NCBI GenBank assembly: GCA_963614875.1
Contig: CAVEFC010000003.1
Span: forward strand, 756 to 64,755
Direction: 5' to 3'
Length of the DNA stretch: 64,000 bases
Source of the DNA: an uncultured Eubacteriales bacterium
GTDB lineage: Bacteria; Bacillota; Clostridia; Oscillospirales; CAG-272
Of this stretch, positions 32,002-39,740 are shown one piece after another (position 1 is the first letter of the stretch; each line of letters begins with the position of its first letter). A model generated the notes under the pieces. It was not told the origin of the DNA and did not search any database. It worked only from the letters and a program-made list of their open reading frames with translations. The translations under genes and the position numbers were made by a program.

Positions 32002-32400
32002 ATGGCAGGATACAGAAGAGCGCGCGTAAACGACGAGGTCGGACGCGTTGTTGCCGAAGCTATACGTTCGGTAAAGGATCCACGTGTGGCAGGAGAGCTT
32101 ATAACGGTCACGCAGTGCGAGGTTTCGGGCGATCTGAAATACGCAAGGGTGTATTTTTCGGTGCTGGGCGGCGACGCGGAAAAAATAAAGGAGATAAAAA
32201 AAGGACTTTACAGCGCGGCGGGATTTATCCGTCATACCGTTGCCGAAACGCTGAATATGCGCGCCACTCCCGAATTTACCTTTGAATACGACGACGCCAT
32301 AAAACGCGGCGCGAATATATTCGAGCTTCTTAAAAAGACGGGCGTGACAAGCGCCTCCGAAAACGAGGAAAAGGAGGAACAAGGTGACGACGAGCAATAA
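32002..32400 (+). CDS. rbfA: ribosome-binding factor A
   Basis: 132 aa. RVNDEVGRVVAEAIR..KDPRV and a TPEFTFEYD motif, with an acidic tail. Confidence 0.92.
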   Translation: MAGYRRARVNDEVGRVVAEAIRSVKDPRVAGELITVTQCEVSGDLKYARVYFSVLGGDAEKIKEIKKGLYSAAGFIRHTVAETLNMRATPEFTFEYDDAIKRGANIFELLKKTGVTSASENEEKEEQGDDEQ

Positions 32401-33364
32401 CATAACGATAAACGGTATAAGAAAAATTCTTGAAAGAAACGATAATTTCCTCATTTTTATGCACGAAAATCCCGATTCGGATACGATAGGCTCGGCGCTT
32501 TCGCTTGTGATAACGCTTCGCTCCTTGGGGAAAAAAGCATATATGGTGTGCTGTGACAAGGTTCCGCAGTCGCTTATGTTTCTTACAGAAGGCAAGCGCT
32601 TTTTCGGAATAGAGGATCTTCCAGACGATTTCACGCCGAAATTTCTTATATCGGTTGACGTGGCGTCGCCCAATCAGCTCGGGAAATATCATTATCTTGC
32701 GGCAAAGATAGATCTTTCGCTCGACCATCATTCCTGTCACGAGGATCTTGCCGCGTACAGATTTGTCGATTCCGAGGCGGGCGCCTGCGCCGAAATAGTC
32801 TACAGGGTGATAAACCGTATGATACAGGGCAAAATTCCGGAAAGAACGGCGTCGCTGCTTTATGCCGCGCTTGCGGCGGATACGGGAGGCTTCCGCTATG
32901 CCAACACAACGCCCTACACGCATAAGATAGCGGCAAAGCTTATAGAATGCGGAGCAAATCATTTTCAGATATGCCGCAATCTTTTTGAAATGAAAAGCAA
33001 GACCGCGCTTGCGGCGGAAGCGTTTGCAATGGACAACGTGAAATATCTTTGCGGAGGGAAAATATCCTATGTGAAGATAACCGAAGCCGATAAAGCGGCG
33101 CACGGCTTTGAGGATGAGGACACATACGACGTTATAAATGTCATAAGGCGAGCCGAGGGCGTAAAGGTTGCCATACTTGCCCGCGAAAGAACGCCCGGAG
33201 TATATAAAATATCCACGCGCTCGACGGGCGAGGTCGATATGGCGAGAATATGCGCAATGTTCGGCGGAGGCGGCCATGTGGGCGCGGCGGGATGCAGCGT
33301 CGCGGCGGACGAGGTTGACTGCGCTGTGGAAAAAATAATTGAGGAGTGCGGCTTTGAAAAATGA
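32384..33364 (+). CDS. nrnA: DHH-family phosphoesterase NrnA (oligoribonuclease/pAp phosphatase)
   Basis: 326 aa. DHH motifs (HENPDSDTIGS, SLDHH) and a DHHA1 GGGGH. It sits between rbfA and truB. Confidence 0.85.
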   Translation: MTTSNNITINGIRKILERNDNFLIFMHENPDSDTIGSALSLVITLRSLGKKAYMVCCDKVPQSLMFLTEGKRFFGIEDLPDDFTPKFLISVDVASPNQLGKYHYLAAKIDLSLDHHSCHEDLAAYRFVDSEAGACAEIVYRVINRMIQGKIPERTASLLYAALAADTGGFRYANTTPYTHKIAAKLIECGANHFQICRNLFEMKSKTALAAEAFAMDNVKYLCGGKISYVKITEADKAAHGFEDEDTYDVINVIRRAEGVKVAILARERTPGVYKISTRSTGEVDMARICAMFGGGGHVGAAGCSVAADEVDCAVEKIIEECGFEK

Positions 33365-34256
33365 AATACAGACCGGCGGCGTATTGCTTGTAAATAAGCC
33401 GCAGGGGATAACCTCCCACGATGTTGTGGCGAAGGTGCGGCGTCTTTACGGCACGCGCAGCGTCGGACATACGGGAACGCTCGATCCGATGGCGACGGGA
33501 CTTCTGATTGTGCTTGTGGGCAAAGCGGTGAAGGCGTCCGATTATGTGACGGCGCAGGACAAGGTTTACGACGCCGAAATGAAGCTCGGCACGGTTACCG
33601 ATACCGCCGATATAACGGGAAAAATTTTATCGCAGAGCGATGCTATTCCGTGTCGCGACGAGGTTGTTTTTGCGGCGAAAAGCTTTGTGGGAAAATATAT
33701 GCAGACTCCGCCCATGTACAGCGCGATAAAAGTGGACGGCAAAAAGCTTTACGAGCTTGCGCGCGAGGGAAAAACGGTGGCGCTCGAGCCGCGCGAGCTT
33801 TATATATCGTCGATAGACATAGACGGCGACGGCGACACCTACAGAATGAGGATAGCCTGCTCGAAGGGAACATATATACGGACGCTTTGCGAGGATATAG
33901 GCAAAAAGCTCGGCTGCGGCGCGACGATGAGCGCGCTTTGCAGATATTCTTCGGGCGGTTTTACTCTTGACGACGCCGTGACGCTTGATGAGCTTGAAGC
34001 GATGTCGCCTGAGGAACGGACGGCAAAGCTCATTGCCGCGGAGGAGCTTTTTCCGGAGCTTGAAAAAATTACTCTGTCCGATTTTTACGCAAGGCTTTGT
34101 CTTTGCGGATGCGAAATATATCAGAAGAAAACAGGCACTTCCTTTGCCTGCGGAGAGCGCGTAAAAATATATACAAAGGACGGCTTTGCCGGCGTGGGAG
34201 AGGTCAGGCAGTATCCAGACGGCACGGCGATAAAGCTGTTTATGCGCGTTATGTAA
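33354..34256 (+). CDS. truB: tRNA pseudouridine(55) synthase
   Basis: GVLLVNKPQGITSHD and HTGTLDPMATGLL (catalytic Asp). The start is ambiguous: TTG at 33354 has GAGGAG 7 nt upstream, while the ORF track uses TTG at 33339. Confidence 0.92.
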   Translation: MKNEIQTGGVLLVNKPQGITSHDVVAKVRRLYGTRSVGHTGTLDPMATGLLIVLVGKAVKASDYVTAQDKVYDAEMKLGTVTDTADITGKILSQSDAIPCRDEVVFAAKSFVGKYMQTPPMYSAIKVDGKKLYELAREGKTVALEPRELYISSIDIDGDGDTYRMRIACSKGTYIRTLCEDIGKKLGCGATMSALCRYSSGGFTLDDAVTLDELEAMSPEERTAKLIAAEELFPELEKITLSDFYARLCLCGCEIYQKKTGTSFACGERVKIYTKDGFAGVGEVRQYPDGTAIKLFMRVM

Positions 34257-34265
34257 AACGCCTTC

Positions 34266-35075
34266 TCATACGGGAGGCGTTTTTGATATGCAGAAAAAAG
34301 CAAAGAACGCAAAAGCGGAAAACGCGGCGGCGGAAAGAAATCCGTGCTTTTCGCGGCACAGGCGTATAACCGTAAAAATATCGCACGAAATCCGCAGAAG
34401 CGCCGCTGACCAGATGAAAACGAGAAGAATTCCGTTTTCCGAAAAATCGGCGGCGGAAAAGGGAATATACAGAAGCATTCCGCAGAGCGCGCCGGCAAGC
34501 GAGCGGAAAAACGGCTTTCCTATGTTTTTGTTTGCGGCGAGCGCCGGCGACGGAGAGCTTTCCGTATCGCACGCCTCTCCGCAAAGAATTGTCGGTACGG
34601 CGGGAAAAAAGCAGGGAAAGATATATCCGCCGTCAAAGGCGGAAAGCGATATTTTCATATAAGGGAGCGATGTCAGCGCGGCTACGGCGAAAAGATACGG
34701 CGCAAGCTCGGAAAGTCTTCCGAGCAGTTTTATTTTCGGGGCAAAGAAAACGCATACGGCGATCGCCGAAAAAATAAAGACAAGCGGCGGAACTCCGCTT
34801 TTGTATGCCGATGAAAAGCCGTAGAGCGCAAATATGTCAAAGGCGGCGGTAAAAGCGCAGCTTGCCGCAAGCACGGCGGAAAACAATCCGCCGGAAAACA
34901 TATCGTGTCTGCGGCTTTTTATTATCACTGTCACGCCGGAAACTGCCGTCCAGAGCAGAAACGACACGGCAAGCGTGAACGCTCCGCGGACGCGGAACGT
35001 AAATGCCCCCGAAAGCATATACACAGCGGACAGAAAGAAAAGCTGACGGGGCGTAAGTCCTTTTTCAAGCGTCAT
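34266..35075 (-). CDS. short GerAB-like spore germination permease-family membrane protein (divergent or truncated)
   Basis: I chose the ATG at 35075 (MTLEKGLTPRQLFFLSAVYMLSG), which forms an ATGA overlap with the gerAA-like stop. The N-terminal ..Q L F.. motif and multiple TM segments resemble GerAB, but the protein is only about 268 aa against the usual roughly 360. Confidence 0.5.
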   Translation of the reverse strand: MTLEKGLTPRQLFFLSAVYMLSGAFTFRVRGAFTLAVSFLLWTAVSGVTVIIKSRRHDMFSGGLFSAVLAASCAFTAAFDIFALYGFSSAYKSGVPPLVFIFSAIAVCVFFAPKIKLLGRLSELAPYLFAVAALTSLPYMKISLSAFDGGYIFPCFFPAVPTILCGEACDTESSPSPALAANKNIGKPFFRSLAGALCGMLLYIPFSAADFSENGILLVFIWSAALLRISCDIFTVIRLCREKHGFLSAAAFSAFAFFAFFCISKTPPV

Positions 35076-36514
35076 TTGCGCGGCCTCCTTTGCGAGCGGA
35101 TTATTCTTTTTCCCGTTATCGCCGTCGGCGCGACGTTCATCGACCATATTGGCGTCATTATGGGAAAATCGCGCATACCTTCGGGCGAAATCGGCGCGAT
35201 CGGCGAAAGATACGGCACTCCGAACGAGCTTTTTGCGGCGAGGGCGGCAGCTCCGAGCGTCATTCCGATAAAAAATCCGTAAAGCCCGAAAAATCCGGAA
35301 AGCATTATCATAACGAATCTGTATATCACGGACGGGTGCATATACGGCGGAACGATGAAATTGCAGAGCGCCGAGAGCGCGACGATTATCATAACCGAGG
35401 AGGAAGCTATGCCGGCTTCTATGGCGCTGTCGCCGAGAAGCAGTGCGCCTATAAGTCCGACGGCGGAGCCTACAGCCTTTGGCATCCGCAGTCCGACCTC
35501 GCGTACAAGCTCAAACAGCAGAAAAACAACCATAACCTCCGAAAATATCGAAAACGAAAGCTCCTTGCGCGATTCTTTTATTATGTTCAGAGTCGGCTCG
35601 TTTACCATATATTCGTGATGGGTGAGTATCGCCGTGAAAAGCGCCGGAAGCCATACGGAAATCGCCATGGCAACACAGCGCAGAATACGGATAAAGCTTG
35701 CGTACCACATACTTTTTGCGTAGTCCTCCGTCACCTGAAAGGCTTCGCAGAAAAGGTATGGCACGGTAAGCACCACGGGCGAACCGTCAACTATCACGGC
35801 GGCTCTGCCTTCGGTCAGCTTTGCCGCAACCTTATCGGGACGCTCGGAATTTCCCACCGTGGGAAAAAGGGCATAGCGCCCGTCCTGAATACATATTTCG
35901 ACGCTGCCGGAATCGGTTACGGCGTCAAGCTTTATGCTTTTTATCCTGCGGACAAGCTCGGCTATCAGCTTTTCGTCAGCAACGCCTTCGATATACATCA
36001 CGGCGACATCGGTTTTTGATTTTGTTCCGACGGTGAAGCTCAGCTTTTTCAGCTTTGAGGTGTGAAGCCTGCGGCGGATGAGCATTGCGTTTGATTCTCC
36101 GTTTTCGGTAAAGCCCTCGTGCGGACCGCGTATCACGTTTTCGGTATCCGGCTCGCTTTGCGAACGTCCTTCCTCGTTTTTTGTCCCGACGGACAGCGCA
36201 TAGCACGACGATGTGCTGTATATAAGCACGGCAGATCCGGAAAGCAGCTTTTGCTCGGCTTCGGTCTCGTTTTCAGCAACCGAAAGGGAAGCCGAAGCTA
36301 TCAGGCTTTCAACGGACGATATTTTTCCGCTGCGCTCGTATGCGGCGGCTATCGGCTCTATGACCTGAGAGGCTATCATATTTTTTGAACAGAAATTGGA
36401 AATATAAAAAATACATATTTTCATATCTCCGTAGGTCAGCTCGCGCGCGGAAAAATCGGACATATTTTCAAACCTGCGGCAAAAACTTTCCTTTTTGTTT
36501 TCGTAAATATCCAT
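35072..36514 (-). CDS. spore germination protein, GerA (GerAA/GerKA) family
   Basis: GerA-family core (DVAVMYIEGVADEKLI, ERPDKVAAKLTEGRAAVIVDGSPVVLTVPYLF) followed by C-terminal TM helices. I chose the start at 36514 (MDIYENKK). Confidence 0.85.
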   Translation of the reverse strand: MDIYENKKESFCRRFENMSDFSARELTYGDMKICIFYISNFCSKNMIASQVIEPIAAAYERSGKISSVESLIASASLSVAENETEAEQKLLSGSAVLIYSTSSCYALSVGTKNEEGRSQSEPDTENVIRGPHEGFTENGESNAMLIRRRLHTSKLKKLSFTVGTKSKTDVAVMYIEGVADEKLIAELVRRIKSIKLDAVTDSGSVEICIQDGRYALFPTVGNSERPDKVAAKLTEGRAAVIVDGSPVVLTVPYLFCEAFQVTEDYAKSMWYASFIRILRCVAMAISVWLPALFTAILTHHEYMVNEPTLNIIKESRKELSFSIFSEVMVVFLLFELVREVGLRMPKAVGSAVGLIGALLLGDSAIEAGIASSSVMIIVALSALCNFIVPPYMHPSVIYRFVMIMLSGFFGLYGFFIGMTLGAAALAAKSSFGVPYLSPIAPISPEGMRDFPIMTPIWSMNVAPTAITGKRIIRSQRRPRK

Positions 36515-36635
36515 AAATACCTTTTTTATTTTTAGTATTTGTCCCGCTCGGAAGGAATATGGGCGGCAAATTCTGTCTTTTTCCTTGATTTTGAGTCCGG
36601 AATGAAAAAAGCAAATAAAAAATTTCAAAAAACTA

Positions 36636-36664
36636 TTGCAATTATAAAAAAAGGCTGATATAAT
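36636..36664 (+). promoter_or_regulatory. sigmaA-type promoter for rplS with an extended -10
   Basis: TTGCAA (36636..36641), a 17-nt spacer, then TGaTATAAT (36656..36664). Confidence 0.6.
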
Positions 36665-36670
36665 GGTAAA

Positions 36671-36743
36671 GCTGTATTGCAAATGGAGCGGTCCGCTGCA
36701 TGCTCGTATGAACGCTCTGTAATTCAAAAGGAGGAAAAAAGCA
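36671..36743 (+). promoter_or_regulatory. structured rplS 5' UTR, possible L19 ribosomal-protein leader
   Basis: About 73-nt UTR. GAGCG (36685..) can pair with CGCTC (36713..), with an inner AGCGG/CCGCT stem. L19 leaders are known in Firmicutes, but I cannot verify a family match by eye. Confidence 0.3.
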
Positions 36744-37085
36744 ATGGATAAGATTTCAGCTTTTGTCAGCGAGCAATTAAAGACCGAGCTTCCTAAGTTT
36801 GAAATAGGTGACACGGTCGTGGTTCACAACAAAATCGTCGAGGGTACGCGCGAGAGAATTCAGCTCTTTGAAGGAACGGTTATCGCCAAGAGAAACGGCG
36901 GAATTTCCGAAACCTTCACTGTAAGAAGAATTGCTTACGGCGTAGGCGTTGAGAAAACGTTCCCTCTGCATTCCCCGAAGGTTGCTAAGGTCGAAGTTAT
37001 CCGCCACGGTAAAGTAAGACGCGCAAAGCTCTACTATGTACGCGACAGAGTCGGCAAAGCAGCTAAGGTAAAAGAACAGATTTAA
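36744..37085 (+). CDS. rplS: 50S ribosomal protein L19
   Basis: 113 aa. The sequence [34 protein letters not shown] is canonical L19. Confidence 0.97.
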   Translation: MDKISAFVSEQLKTELPKFEIGDTVVVHNKIVEGTRERIQLFEGTVIAKRNGGISETFTVRRIAYGVGVEKTFPLHSPKVAKVEVIRHGKVRRAKLYYVRDRVGKAAKVKEQI

Positions 37086-37090
37086 TTGCG

Positions 37091-37118
37091 AAAGCTCCGC
37101 GTAACGCGGAGTTTTTTA
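37091..37118 (+). terminator. intrinsic terminator of rplS
   Basis: CTCCGCG-TAA-CGCGGAG stem-loop followed by a T6 run. Confidence 0.85.
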
Positions 37119-37164
37119 TTTTCCGGCGTCGAAAAACAAAAATAACAAAAAAGGAGAAACGGTC

Positions 37165-38013
37165 TTGAAAAAAAGTATCAACTTAAAACAGGAAAGAGCC
37201 GAAAGACTTGAAGAAATGAACAAAATGAGCCGCGGACTCAAAATTACATATATTGTTCTCGGCGTGCTTGTTATGTTCAGTCTTGTGCGTGCCGTTATGC
37301 TCGGAAACTATGAAAACGCCTTCCTTTGTCTGCTTGTTTTCTTTATGTTTTCGTTACCGAGCTTTGTCAAAAGAAAATTTCATCTCGATATTCCCAATAT
37401 TCTCGAAATACTCGTTTTAATTCATATCTTTGCCGCGGAAATACTCGGAGAGCTTGCAAGCTTCTTTATAAATGTTCCTTTCTGGGATACAATGCTTCAC
37501 ACGGTATGGGGCTTTATCTGCGCCGCGTTCGGCTTTTCGCTTATAGATATTCTCAACCGCGACGACAAGATAAAATTCACCATTTCGCCTTTCTATGTTT
37601 CGGCGGCATCATTCTGTTTTTCTATGACGGTCGGCGTGATATGGGAATTTTTCGAATTCGGTATGGACAGGTTATTCGGGCTGGATATGCAGAAGGATAC
37701 GGTAATAAACAGCTTCAATTCAACTCTGCTCGATCCGACGAAAAGCAATATACCGATAAAGATTTCCGGAATTACGGATACAGCCGTAAACGGAACGTCG
37801 CTCGGTATAAACGGCTACCTTGATATAGGTCTTTACGATACGATGGAGGATCTTTTCGTAAACTTTCTCGGCGCGCTTGTGTTCTGTATTATCGGTTATT
37901 TCTACATAAAGCATCGCGGAAAGTGCAAAATGGCAAAGAACTTCATTCCCACGCTCCGCACGGATGCAACGGAGGACGGAGCCGCCTTGGAGACAGAGGA
38001 AAATGAAAAATAA
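37165..38013 (+). CDS. hypothetical polytopic membrane protein
   Basis: 282 aa. TTG start with AAGGAG upstream. About 6 predicted TM segments. I recognise no family. Confidence 0.55.
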   Translation: MKKSINLKQERAERLEEMNKMSRGLKITYIVLGVLVMFSLVRAVMLGNYENAFLCLLVFFMFSLPSFVKRKFHLDIPNILEILVLIHIFAAEILGELASFFINVPFWDTMLHTVWGFICAAFGFSLIDILNRDDKIKFTISPFYVSAASFCFSMTVGVIWEFFEFGMDRLFGLDMQKDTVINSFNSTLLDPTKSNIPIKISGITDTAVNGTSLGINGYLDIGLYDTMEDLFVNFLGALVFCIIGYFYIKHRGKCKMAKNFIPTLRTDATEDGAALETEENEK

Positions 38014-38698
38014 AAAACAGGCGGCGCTTGACATCGCAAGGTGTCTGCCGCTGGTGATGATAGTCGCGTTTGCCGTGATTTATTTTGTTTTCAGGGACGA
38101 CATCACGGCGGACGCAATAAAGGATTTTGCACCGGAAAACGAATCGCTTGCCGTGCTTTTTATGATGCTTATCGGCGCCGCAAAAGGAATTTCCGTGTTC
38201 TGTCCGTTTATACTTATCGAGCTTATCGGCGCGCTTATATTCAAGGATAAGGTCGTTGCGATACTTGTAAATACCGCGGCGATAGCGGCAACCTTTACGT
38301 CGGCTTACCTTGTGGGAAGATGCTCGGGAAGCGTAATGGTTGACAAACTGCGCGAAAAATATCCGAAATTCAACGATTTTTATTCGCTTATAAAGCGGAA
38401 CGGTACGTTTTCGGTGTTTGCCCTGCGTATAATCGGCGTGCTTCCGATGGACGTGGTCAGTATGTATTTCGGAGCGTCGAAAATAAGCTATCCGAAATAT
38501 ATTGTAATGAGCCTGCTCGGCGCCGCTCCCGACCTGATACTCGAAACGATAATAGGCGCGGAGCTGAAAAATTATCGCTCGCCGGTTTTCTGGATAGCTG
38601 TTGCGTGCAGACTTGCATTCACGGCGGTAACGCTCCTTGTTTATCGCGTGTGGATAAAGAAAAACAAAACGAAAAACGTTTCCGGAAATGAAAAATAA
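38003..38698 (+). CDS. TVP38/TMEM64 (DedA-related, VTT domain) family membrane protein
   Basis: I chose the start at 38003 (MKNKKQ). The VTT-like region is FALRIIGVLPMDVVSMYFGASKISY. 11-nt overlap with the upstream gene. Confidence 0.7.
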   Translation: MKNKKQAALDIARCLPLVMIVAFAVIYFVFRDDITADAIKDFAPENESLAVLFMMLIGAAKGISVFCPFILIELIGALIFKDKVVAILVNTAAIAATFTSAYLVGRCSGSVMVDKLREKYPKFNDFYSLIKRNGTFSVFALRIIGVLPMDVVSMYFGASKISYPKYIVMSLLGAAPDLILETIIGAELKNYRSPVFWIAVACRLAFTAVTLLVYRVWIKKNKTKNVSGNEK

Positions 38699-38702
38699 AC
38701 AA

Positions 38703-38739
38703 AAACAGAGATGAGAAAATCACCTCTGTTTTTCTTTTT
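38703..38739 (+). terminator. intrinsic terminator after the TVP38-family gene
   Basis: Stem ACAGAGATGA / TCACCTCTGT with one mismatch, followed by a T-rich run. Confidence 0.65.
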
Positions 38740-38804
38740 ATAAGGCTTGCGCAAAACGATTGCGGAAGTCTTTTGCTTACCTTTATTTTCCAAAGAAAAG
38801 TAAG

Positions 38805-39146
38805 CTATGCCATTTTGTCGGCGAGCTGAGCGCCGCCGAGGATATGAAAATGAATGTGATGCACGCTCTGGCAGGCATCGGGGCCGCAGTTTGAAATTAT
38901 GCGGTAACCGCCGGTAAGTCCCGCCGCTTTTGCTATTTTCGGAATGTTTTCAAAAATGTATGAAATTATTCCGCTGTTTTCGGGGGTTATTTCGTCAGCA
39001 GAGCCGATATGCTCTTTGGGTATAACGAGAATATGCACCGGCGCCTGAGGATTTATATCGTAAAACGCAAGGATTCTGTCGTCCTCATAAGCTTTTTTTG
39101 AAGGAATTTTTCCTTCGCAGATCATACAGAAAACGCAACCGTCCAT
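38805..39146 (-). CDS. HIT-family (histidine triad) nucleotide hydrolase
   Basis: 113 aa with the HIHFHILGG triad. Its start overlaps the mscL stop (TAATG). Confidence 0.9.
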   Translation of the reverse strand: MDGCVFCMICEGKIPSKKAYEDDRILAFYDINPQAPVHILVIPKEHIGSADEITPENSGIISYIFENIPKIAKAAGLTGGYRIISNCGPDACQSVHHIHFHILGGAQLADKMA

Positions 39147-39727
39147 TATTTTGACACCTTAAGAGAAGCGGCGATCTGCTCAAGCAGTTCAAGCTCTCTT
39201 GCCTTTCTTGCTTTTTCCGCCGCGATTTCCGCCTCTGCCGCGGCTTTGGCTTCTTCTGCGGCTTTTTTCTCGGCTTCTTCCTTGGCCTTGGCTTCGGCTG
39301 CGGCTTTTTCACGTTCTTTGTCCTCGCCCGTCAGCTCAAGACGCATCTTTTCGGCTTTCTTTGTTACGCTCATTACTATTTTAAGCAATATAAACATAAC
39401 CAGCGCGATAAGAAGAAAGTCGATTATCGACTGAAGAAACGCGCCCCAGAGAATAGCAACCTCGGGAGTCGTAACGGTTTTCGTTCCGTCCGCCGCGATT
39501 TCGGCAACCTCGGGACGAATAACCCATTTCATATCCGAAAGGGAAGCATTGTTGGAAAGCAACGAGAGAATGGGCGCTATAAATCCCTTTGTGAACGCGG
39601 TCACTATCGCCGTGAACGCCGTCGCCACCGCAACGCCGACAGCCATATCGACAACATTGCCCTTTGAAATGAATTTTCTGAATTCCGCCCAGAAGCCTTT
39701 TGTTTTGTCTTTCATTGTGTTTTTCAT
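39146..39727 (-). CDS. mscL: large-conductance mechanosensitive channel MscL with a C-terminal A/E/K-rich extension of about 60 aa
   Basis: FRKFISKGNVVDMAVGVAVATAF is the canonical MscL TM1 region. The protein is 193 aa against the usual roughly 130-150. Confidence 0.88.
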   Translation of the reverse strand: MKNTMKDKTKGFWAEFRKFISKGNVVDMAVGVAVATAFTAIVTAFTKGFIAPILSLLSNNASLSDMKWVIRPEVAEIAADGTKTVTTPEVAILWGAFLQSIIDFLLIALVMFILLKIVMSVTKKAEKMRLELTGEDKEREKAAAEAKAKEEAEKKAAEEAKAAAEAEIAAEKARKARELELLEQIAASLKVSK

Positions 39728-39740
39728 TCCGATATCCTCC

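Noticed and set aside
36602-36658. An 18-codon ORF (MKKANKKFQKTIAIIKKG) upstream of rplS.
   Set aside because: It has no RBS and lies across the rplS -35/-10 promoter elements.
39190-39330. Repetitive GC(N)-rich DNA (gcggc/ttc/ttt periodicity), considered as a possible tandem repeat or array.
   Set aside because: It is the coding sequence for the A/E/K-rich tail of MscL on the minus strand. It has codon-level periodicity and no spacer-repeat architecture.
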